A stretch of 64,000 nt of DNA from Nitrospinales bacterium (GTDB taxonomy: Bacteria; Nitrospinota; Nitrospinia; Nitrospinales; VA-1): contig OZ242182.1 of NCBI GenBank assembly GCA_965205835.1, forward strand, positions 1,935,246 to 1,999,245, in the 5' to 3' direction. The translations under genes and the position numbers were made by a program. The notes beneath the pieces are model-generated. The model was not told the DNA's origin. It worked only from the letters and a program-made list of their open reading frames with translations, and ran no database searches. Positions 39,738-48,050 of this stretch are shown here, piece by piece (position 1 is the stretch's first letter; each line of letters starts with the position of its first letter).

Positions 39738-41120
39738 CACCCCACAAAATGGCATCCTGAATTTCATTCATCTCATTGATCGTCTCATCAAAGCTGCGTG
39801 CCTCAATCCCAAGCTCTGGATCAATTTCCGCAAGCACAAGCGTTTCGCATCGGCTTCTTCTTGTCTGGCCTGGCTGCTTAATTAAAGCCTTTTCTGCAAT
39901 ATAAACCCTGATTTTTTCACAATCCAACAGTTCCTCCGTCCGATAGCCTTCCTTCTCGGCGATCTGCTTCAGGTAGGGTCTGTCCTGATTCAGCATAATC
40001 AGGGTATTGAGTTCCTTAACGATGTAGTCGCTGTGGGTGGTGATAAAAATCTTGATGCCCAGATTCACACCAAGCGTGCGAAAAGCCGCGCAATGAAACG
40101 CTGATTCTTCGGGTGCAGATTCAATTCCGGTTCATCCACTATCAGCATGTCGCCGTACTCGGCGACATGGCGTAAATAAAAGCCTATGTCAAGCAAAGAC
40201 CGCACCGCGCTGGAACTTTCGTCCATCGCCAGCTTGACGTACTTCTTTGAGGGTTTGAAATAAATCGTGTCGTTGCTTCCGGCGATGTATTCACCGCCAA
40301 CAATATCGGCAAACTCATTCAGGATTTCCGGGTATTTCTTGCGAATAAAACTATCTTCCTTGGCAATGTCCTCAAGCTGACGGATAAAGTTCACGTTAGC
40401 TTTGACCGGCCAGGCATAGTCCTTATAAGATTTGAATAACAAATCTAATGGCTCTATGTTTTGGTCAGGCCGGCTCATTTCTTCCAGCAAACGGTTGCGG
40501 GAAAAATTCAGTTCTTTACGAAAAATCACCGCGCCGGTGCGTTCTGCACTGGCAATGAAGGGGTTTGGGAAAAGTCGACCGAAGATAACTTCAATAACAG
40601 CTCTTGAAACACTTTCCTTGATCACACGAGAAGGCAAGATGTTTTCTTTCCCCTTATCTACCAGCAATGAGACGACCATATCCGTTTCTTCCTTTGATTT
40701 GGTCAGTGACAGTTCAGCTTTTCCGAGTCTGATTTTATTTTCAAAAGCCAAACCTATTATCGTTTCTTCTGTCATTGTCAAATCCACTTGAAACCGGGAA
40801 CCTTTGAAACGATCAGCTTTAGAGGCAAAGACAGTATCCAGCCTTTCGCTGTATTCCTGACAACCACGCTCAAGGATGCTGCTTGCCTGCTCCACATAGT
40901 ACGCAAGATCAATCCGTATGATGCCATCTTTCAACAGGTCGCTAATCTGCTGGTCTATGTCCCTAACTTTCAGCATCCTTTTCCAAGATTGTAGGAAGCC
41001 AAACAGTGCGTAAGTCGCATAAGTTTTTCCGCTATTGTTGTCACCGCAAATGATTGTCAAGTCGCCCAGTTCAAATTCCGCCTGCTTCAGAACGCCAAGA
41101 TTTTCTACCTTTATTTTCAC
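39721..41120 (-). pseudogene. ABC-type (AAA_15/AAA_21-like) ATPase, split by a frameshift (locus 1)
   Basis: 40065..41120 carries Walker A CGDNNSGKTY, ASAERTG and Walker B MLIVDEPELNLHP. 39721..40068 continues with ...NLGIKIFITTHSDYIV (His-loop) in another frame. The junction lies in TTGGTGTGAAT at about 40062-40072. The GTG start overlaps the mod stop (GTGA). Confidence 0.65.
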
Positions 41121-43399
41121 ACCCGCACCTCCACTATCTTCATTGTATCATTTCCAAAAATATCTACCACTTTCACCGCGACCTTCCGCCGTCCTGGCAC
41201 ACACTCATGAAACACGCTTCGCGTTTCCAGTGACCGGTCTTTTTTCGTGCGGAAGGACTGCCATTCGTTTTCAAAGACATAATCACCGGTCCAGACTTCT
41301 TCGGTCTCCCCGCTTTCCTCGTTTTGGACGCGGACAATCTCCCGCTTGGATTCAAAGTCAAAATCCACCGACCAGTAATCAATCCAATCGGTCCATTCTT
41401 TCGTCAATACCTCACGCGTAACGATCCCGTTCTTATCCTTACTGATCTTGATGACCTGGCCCTTGTCCACAACCACTTTAGCTTTACTTTTCTTCAGGCT
41501 TTCATCGACCCCCTCGGCGTCCTGGGAATAAAAAACGGAGAAATCGGTCAGTTCAATGGAAATCCACGCAAGTCCCCCCGGTTGAGCCTTTTGTCGCAAA
41601 CTATAACCCCCCTTGCCCCCCTTATCAGGGGGGAATTGGGTGGAAAGTCCCCCTGACAAGGGGGATTTAGGGGGTTGGTATTGGATATGCGGCTTGATCT
41701 CAATGAACGATACATCGTGGAAGACCACTTGATTCTTCTCCACCGCCCGCTTGTCGAAAACATCACGGGGAATGTATTTCATCGCCAAGTCAATACCCTT
41801 ACTCTTCGCTTCTTCCTGAATATTGGGGAACAGACCCATCTCGAATTCAAAGCCGAGAATATCTACTTTGGTGATGTGTTTTTGGCGGCACTCCAAGATG
41901 ACCTCCTCCACAAACAAACGAGTAACCGGCAGATTGACCGGCCCCACCGCTACCAGCCGTCCGGCCTTTTTGCCCTGAAAGGTATTGAACTGGCTCACCC
42001 CTTCAGCACGGTAGGCGTGCAGAATGAGGTTTGTAAAATCTTTTTCCCTTGTTTCCAGTTGCTTTTGTTTCTCAGCTTCGCGCAGGTTGGGATTCACGCC
42101 GATATGGTGCTGACGTTCATACTTACCGAGATTAAGGATTTCAAAAGCCCGCCAGCTTTTATCCTCTTTCTTGAGTTGACGCTGTACGCCGATCATACGC
42201 TTTCGGGTTGTGTGGATAGCGAATTTCCCGAGGTCGGAGCCGATCCATTTCCGGCCCAGTTTTTCGGCTACGGCGGCAGTGGTGCCGGAACCGCAAAAGA
42301 AATCGGCGACTAGATCGTTTTCGTTAGAGGAAGCTTTGATAATACGTTCTAACAGGGCTTCGGGTTTTTAGGTGGGATAGTCTATTCGTTCTGCTGAAGT
42401 TCGACCAACCATGTCTATGGACCAAACATCACGCGCATTTACAAGCGTGTACCATCCTGTTTGATCTTCGAACTCTTCAACACCTTTGAAGCGATATGGT
42501 TTGAAGCCACGGTTATAAGATTTTTCTTTTGGTACATTGAAAATGGACGCTCCATTTTTAGAATAGAACCAAATTGTGTCATGTTTTCGACCATATCGTC
42601 CTGTAGTTGCACCACCAGATTTGTACGACCAGATTACTTCATTTATAAAATTCTTCTTCCCAAAAATTTCATCTAGTACAAGCCGCAGATAACTATTCAC
42701 CCGCCAATCACAATGAACGTAAATACTGCCGTCATCGGCGAGTAAATCCCGCATCAGGGAAAGCCGTTCATAGATCATGGCAATAAAGGAATCCGCGCCC
42801 TTGCCCCAAGTATCACGGTAGGCAATTTCTTCCAGGATGCCGGGCTTTTTGGTGAAGGTCTCAACCCCCCCCCTCAATCCCCCCTTATCAGGGGGGAGGG
42901 ATGAAGGGATCTCGATATCCATACTGAAATCCGCTCCCACATCAAACGGCGGGTCGATATAGATCAACTTGATTCCGCCCTGCGCCTCAATCTCTTCCCG
43001 CAACGGCCCGTTTTTCAGGGAAGATAAAATCAGTTTGTTATCGCCCCAGATCAGCTTGTTGTTCCAGCCCGTAATCTGCCTGCCGGTCTGCTGGTCAAAC
43101 ATCTCTGTTTGCAGTTTGACAATATCTTCCGCGCGCGGCTCATCCACCTGCTCGATCACCTGAAAAGGCAGGACCACATTATCCACTTCGCTTGTTTTGC
43201 CGTTCCATACCAACTCCACTTCCCGCTTATCCTCAAATAGCAGGAAGCGATATTTTTCCGGCAAATGTTTCCCCGCTTCCAGAAGCTTGATAATGTCGCG
43301 GATTTCATTATCAGCCAGCTTCAGCGGCCCCTCGGTTTTAGATGGCTTTTTAGTGTTTGTCATTCCCGCGCGCTTGGAGGTGTTGGAACAAAAACCCAC
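41117..43399 (-). pseudogene. mod: type III-like N6/N4 DNA methyltransferase (Mod), interrupted by an in-frame TAA (locus 1)
   Basis: 42368..43399 carries motif IV IYIDPPFDVG. After the TAA at 42370-42368 the same frame continues [43 protein letters not shown] (motif I) and runs into ORF 41117..42196, ending ...[22 protein letters not shown]. The probable start is M13 (43363). Confidence 0.75.
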
Positions 43400-43466
43400 T
43401 GTCAGATATTTAGTCGTATATTTCGACTGGTGGATGTGCCAATATAATACAGAAAATTATTTCAAT

Positions 43467-43709
43467 ACGGATTTTTTTATGGTTTGCCAATATTCACCTA
43501 TCGAACCTAATCAAAGGCCGGGTTGCTGGAGAAATACAACCAACTATTTCTGGCCCCACGCCGAGTGAGCGGAGTGCCTCCGCCAGCAAATTAAGCAAGA
43601 CTTTTTCAGCCGAGACAAGGTTTCATTTCGCCTGATAAAGCCATTGCCAGTTGGCCCCACGCCGAGTGGGCGGGGTTCAACCCAACTGACCGGCCTTGTT
43701 CCTCAATAA
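43467..43709. repeat. ~243-bp direct repeat, left copy
   Basis: Aligns to 45261-45505 with about 16 mismatches and one 2-nt indel (about 93% identity). It contains two copies of the TGGCCCCACGCCGAGTGGG motif. Confidence 0.93.
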
Positions 43710-43865
43710 AATGACGAGTTATGCAAAGCTCTCCTTTAAAAGAGGGAGTAAAGCCTCAGGCCCCCTTGCGGGAAGTTTCTCATTTGTGTTTATCTGTGTT
43801 CATCGGTGGTAAAAGACGTGTCGGCTTGATTTTGTTCCAGTCCATGTTTGAGAAAAGAGGTGCCC

Positions 43866-44387
43866 TTAATGTCGGCTTACCCTGGAGAACTCCGTGATCG
43901 CGTCGGCCACCGTGATCATTAAAGTCACAGGGTCTAAAGGAGAAACTCGAAAACCACACCGTTGATAAAAGGCTTTTGCCTCATCATCCAGGGCATGGAC
44001 CAGGATAGCTCTTATTCCGGCAATTTCCGCGGCTTGAACAATTCTTGATATAGCGTCCCTTAAAAGGCCGCGCCCTATTCCGCCTCTTTGATATTTTTGA
44101 TCGACCGCCAAACGCCCCATAATCATAACCGGGATGGGGTCGGGCATATTGCGTTTGATTTTTCCAGAGGCTTTTATTGACTCTATTGAACCAACCGCCA
44201 AAGCATAAAATCCAACAACCTGTTTTCTGACGCAGACAACATAGGTTCGGGACGCGCCTGTTTCTTCATTGCGCAAGGCGCGTTTTTGAAGCCACTCATC
44301 AAGAACCGACTTACCGGAATCAAAAGTTTTAAAGTTGTGGCGGGGTTTTAGCTTTTCAGGAGGGGTTATTTCTTTTTTTGAAACCAT
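43866..44387 (-). CDS. GNAT-family acetyltransferase toxin (TacT-like)
   Basis: 173-aa ORF with the acetyl-CoA site QRGGIGRGLLRDA, immediately downstream of a DUF1778-type gene. Confidence 0.85.
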   Translation of the reverse strand: MVSKKEITPPEKLKPRHNFKTFDSGKSVLDEWLQKRALRNEETGASRTYVVCVRKQVVGFYALAVGSIESIKASGKIKRNMPDPIPVMIMGRLAVDQKYQRGGIGRGLLRDAISRIVQAAEIAGIRAILVHALDDEAKAFYQRCGFRVSPLDPVTLMITVADAITEFSRVSRH

Positions 44388-44399
44388 TGATGAGAAGGC

Positions 44400-44696
44400 T
44401 CAACTTTTCCAGGGCGGTGGTGTGTTGAGCGCACGGTTTAAAAGAGGATTGTCTTTTGGGGATTGATCCAAGACTTTTAAAAAGCGGTCAAACTTTTTTT
44501 GATCGAGAAGAAAGTGCCGGTTATCCAATAAAATATTGTTGGCCTCTTTACAGGCGGCCTCCAGCATGAACTCGGACCGTTTTTTACTCGTTATCTTCGC
44601 GGCCCGGTCTATCAGGTCCCGTTGTTGCTGAAGAGCACGAATATTAATAGAAGCACTGCGGCGAAACGTTTTCTCCGGGTCTTTGGTTGAGGGCAT
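44400..44696 (-). CDS. DUF1778-family (TacA-like, RHH) antitoxin
   Basis: 98-aa ORF (...INIRALQQQRDLIDRAAKITSKKRSEFMLEAACKEA...) ending 12 nt upstream of the GNAT gene. Confidence 0.82.
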   Translation of the reverse strand: MPSTKDPEKTFRRSASINIRALQQQRDLIDRAAKITSKKRSEFMLEAACKEANNILLDNRHFLLDQKKFDRFLKVLDQSPKDNPLLNRALNTPPPWKS

Positions 44697-44765
44697 TTTT
44701 TAATCTCCTTTACCTGTACAACCAACATGCCATAAAGCATACACAATTGCAACACATTTTAGATT

Positions 44766-45260
44766 TTAAAGGGCCGGTTTTATTTCGTTCCAATCCAAAT
44801 TTGGAAAAAGAGGAGTCCAAGTTCTATTTTCATGAGGCTTCACCTGCTTCCTCATCTGGGCCAATCAGCTCTGGCCGGAGAGGTGGGTGGAAAAATAAGA
44901 AGAAAGTTCCATGTCGTTTTCTTTGAAAGCGGTTTTTCCCTTCGGCAAATCCTCGGGCTCCTCTTGCATCAGCTTTTCAAAAATTTGAATCATTCCATGC
45001 GGATCAATATTGACGGCAAGGATCAATTCCATGCCTTTCTGGTCGGCTTCTGCCTCCATTTCCTGGAAATCCGAGCGTTTCAAGTTCTCCCGCGAGAGCG
45101 GCCATCCCTTCCATGACAGCACTCACATCCCCAATGAAAAGACTCAACAGCATACTTTGGGCCATGTTGCGGATAATTCCCCGGGGGTAGAATGCTTGAA
45201 CAGGATACGCTGGATTTCATGGGCAATGACTCTGGCTAATTCCTCAGGAGACTCGGCCTG
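44766..45260 (-). pseudogene. M48-family zinc metallopeptidase remnant
   Basis: Pieces in three frames. Frame 1: ...ESPEELARVIAHEIQRILFKHS (HEXXH degraded to HEIQR). Frame 2: GIIRNMAQSMLLSLFIGDVSAVMEGMAAL. Frame 3: SRENLKRSDFQEMEAEADQKGMELILAVNIDPHGMIQIFEKL...STHLSGQS, then an in-frame TGA (44865-44867), then LAQMRKQ... to the TAA at 44766-44768. The N-terminus is cut off at the repeat boundary (45261). Confidence 0.65.
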
Positions 45261-45505
45261 ACGGATTTTTTTATGGTTTGCCAATATTCACGTTTCAAAC
45301 CTAATCAAAGGCCGGGTTGCTGGAGAGGTACAACCGGCTATTTCTAGCCCGACGCCGAGTGGGCGGAGTGCCTCCGCCAGCAAATTAGGCAAGACTTTTT
45401 TTCAGCCGAGACAAGTTTTTATTTTGCCTGATAAAGCCATTGCCAGCTGGCCCCACGCCGGGTGGGCGGGGTTCAACCCAACTGACCGGCCTTGTTCCTC
45501 AATAA
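45261..45505. repeat. ~243-bp direct repeat, right copy
   Basis: See 43467-43709. It ends 81 nt upstream of the apgM-like start. Confidence 0.93.
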
Positions 45506-45586
45506 GTTGGGGAAATGGCAAAAATTAAGTTATAATCATAGCTTCCTGATTAGGTTTGACATCTCAATCCCTGTATCCCTAAAGAA

Positions 45587-46774
45587 ATGAAGCACCTGGT
45601 TGTTATCGTGGCGGGCCTGACAGACAAGCCTCTCGCGGAAAAAGATAATAAAACCCCGTTGCAGTTGGCCGACACCCCTAACTTGGATGCCCTGACTAAA
45701 AACGCAACCTGCGGGCCGGTCCAAACCCTTCCTGATGATTTACATCCGGGGAACGAAATCTCCTGCATGGGACTTCTGGGCCTCGATCCAAAAAAATATT
45801 CCGCAGGTCATGCTCCACTTTCCGCGGTGGGGTTGGGAATAAGACCAGCGCAAGATGAAGTCGCACTCTGTTGCGATTTAATAACGCTACAGCCCACCCA
45901 TGACGATATGGTCATGAAAGATTATACCGCCGGGCACCTTTCCCGTAGTGATTCCGACCTTCTCATGGACGCCCTTAAGGAGCAAGTGGTCAATGCCCCG
46001 GTTACGTTCCATCCGGGTGGTGGTTATCACAACTTGATGTTTATCAAAAGTCCACCGATTGCGGAAAAGTTGTCTCCACCCAACGAACTCATCGGAGAAG
46101 GCATTCGTCAATTCATGCCCGAAGAGAGCCGCGATCTGGTTTTCGTCATGAATCAGGCGCAGATTATTTTGCATAACCATGCCTACAACAGAAAACGTGT
46201 TGCCGACAAAGAAGACCCGGTTAACAGCATCTGGCTTTGGGGCAACGGTGAACTGCCTAGCCTGCCTGCCTTCAGAGAACGGTATGATAAAAGCGCGTCT
46301 TTAATCACCGCGTCTTTGATGGTCAAGGGCATCGGCAAGCTCACCGGTATGGATATCGTAGATGTGGAAGGCGCGACCGGGTTTTCCGACACCGATTATT
46401 CCGCCAAAGTTTCCGCAACGCTCAAGGAACTGGAAAACAAAGATGTCGTTTTCCTTCACATTTCAGGGGGAGAAGAAGTTTCGCTCAAAGGCAATATTGA
46501 CGATAAGATTTTAATGATCGAAGATTTCGATACAAAGGTCATCAAGCCCCTGGCCCAGACAATAGAGACGCATGAAAATATAAAAATGATGGTGGTGGTC
46601 AACCATGTCAGCTCCTCCATATCAATGAAATACGAACGCTCTCTGGTTCCTTATCTGGTGTATCCCGCCCAATCAGGAGACACCCGCCAATATGATGAAC
46701 AACTTTTAGAAACAGGGAAATTATTCGATAACGCCCCCGATCTATTGGCAGCTTTTTTGACAAACCAATTATGA
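45587..46774 (+). CDS. ApgM-family cofactor-independent phosphoglycerate mutase-like protein (family proposed as a non-canonical homoserine kinase)
   Basis: 395-aa ORF starting MKHLVVIVAGLTDKPL...KTPLQLADTPNLDAL, with an alkaline-phosphatase-superfamily core. The stop overlaps the lysC ATG (ATGA). Confidence 0.75.
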   Translation: MKHLVVIVAGLTDKPLAEKDNKTPLQLADTPNLDALTKNATCGPVQTLPDDLHPGNEISCMGLLGLDPKKYSAGHAPLSAVGLGIRPAQDEVALCCDLITLQPTHDDMVMKDYTAGHLSRSDSDLLMDALKEQVVNAPVTFHPGGGYHNLMFIKSPPIAEKLSPPNELIGEGIRQFMPEESRDLVFVMNQAQIILHNHAYNRKRVADKEDPVNSIWLWGNGELPSLPAFRERYDKSASLITASLMVKGIGKLTGMDIVDVEGATGFSDTDYSAKVSATLKELENKDVVFLHISGGEEVSLKGNIDDKILMIEDFDTKVIKPLAQTIETHENIKMMVVVNHVSSSISMKYERSLVPYLVYPAQSGDTRQYDEQLLETGKLFDNAPDLLAAFLTNQL

Positions 46775-48048
46775 ACAAATCTTTAGTCGTACAAAAATAT
46801 GGCGGCACCTCTGTAGGAACTCTGGAGCGTATCCAATGTGTGGCCGACCGCATCGCTAAAACCCGAAAAACCGGCATCGATATCGTTGTCGTGGTTTCGG
46901 CCATGGCAGGGGAAACCGATAAATTGTTGAAAATGGCACACAACCTTTCTAAAAATCCGGCGAGACGGGAAATCGACATGCTCCTGTCATCCGGCGAACG
47001 CATCTCGTCCGCCTTGTTGACCCTCGCCCTGCAATCCAGAGGTATTCCTGCGCTTTCCATGACGGGCAGACAGATTGGCCTACAGACCGACAGCACCCAT
47101 ACCCGGGCACGCATCAAGAGTATTGATGCCCAGCGGGCTCGTAAAATGCTGAAGGAAAATCATGTGATCGTGGTCGCGGGATTCCAAGGTATCAACCCGG
47201 AAGGCGATGTGACCACTTTGGGCAGAGGCGGGTCGGACACCTCGGCGGTGGCTCTGGCGGTTGCGCTCGACGCCCGGCAATGTGAAATCTATACCGATGT
47301 CGATGGGGTTTATACCGCCGATCCTCGACTCGTGCCACAGGCCAGAAGGCTGGATGTGGTATCGTATGATGAGATGCTGGAAATGGCCAGTCTGGGAGCC
47401 AAAGTCCTGCAAATCCGTTGTGTGGAGTTTGCCCATAAATACAAGATGAACCTGCTTGTTAAATCGTCTTTCAAGGAGAGGGACAAGGGAACTTTGATCT
47501 GCGAGGAGGATCCAAAAATGGAACAACCGGTAGTTTCCGGAATCATGTGCGACAAAAACCAGGCAAAAATCACCCTGAAGGAAGTTCCCGATCAGCCGGG
47601 TATCGCCGCTAATATTTTTGAGCCTTTAGCATCCGCGTCCATTTCTGTGGACATGATCATTCAAAATGTCAGCGAACAAGGGCATACCGACCTGTCATTC
47701 ACATTGGAACGGGAAGAACTGAATGAAGCCATGGTCATTATGAAGAAAGTCGCAAAAAAAATCCATGCCACCCATGTTGGTTCCGATGCAAAAATCGCTA
47801 AGCTTTCCATTGTCGGAGCAGGCATGCGCAGTCATTCAGGGGTCGCGGCGCAAATTTTTAAAACCTTGTCTGCACATAAAATTAATATATTGATGATCAG
47901 CACCTCAGAGATCAAAGTGTCCTGCATCATTGAACAAAAAAATTCCAAGCTTGCCGTTACCGCTCTGCACGATATCTTTAAGTTGGAGAACAAACCAATC
48001 AAAAAGAACGCTAAAAAGAAAACCGCAAAAAAAGCGAGCACTGCTTAA
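46771..48048 (+). CDS. lysC: aspartate kinase
   Basis: 425-aa ORF with [10 protein letters not shown], an amino-acid kinase domain and two C-terminal ACT-like regions. Confidence 0.93.
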   Translation: MNKSLVVQKYGGTSVGTLERIQCVADRIAKTRKTGIDIVVVVSAMAGETDKLLKMAHNLSKNPARREIDMLLSSGERISSALLTLALQSRGIPALSMTGRQIGLQTDSTHTRARIKSIDAQRARKMLKENHVIVVAGFQGINPEGDVTTLGRGGSDTSAVALAVALDARQCEIYTDVDGVYTADPRLVPQARRLDVVSYDEMLEMASLGAKVLQIRCVEFAHKYKMNLLVKSSFKERDKGTLICEEDPKMEQPVVSGIMCDKNQAKITLKEVPDQPGIAANIFEPLASASISVDMIIQNVSEQGHTDLSFTLEREELNEAMVIMKKVAKKIHATHVGSDAKIAKLSIVGAGMRSHSGVAAQIFKTLSAHKINILMISTSEIKVSCIIEQKNSKLAVTALHDIFKLENKPIKKNAKKKTAKKASTA

Positions 48049-48050
48049 GA

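Noticed and set aside
43793-43808. A 16-nt exact match (TCTGTGTTCATCGGTG) shared between 43793-43808 and 55520-55535, both near defence-locus borders
   Set aside because: Across both strands of a 64-kb window, about one 16-mer coincidence is expected by chance, and the flanks diverge immediately. It is noted only as something to re-examine genome-wide.
35405-45586. Search for an integrase, transposase or tRNA-linked att site that would define the 35.4-45.5 kb accessory region as a classical genomic island
   Set aside because: No recombinase-like ORF and no tRNA gene lies at either border. Only the repeats described under findings are present. The region is therefore described as accessory without claiming a mobile-element type.
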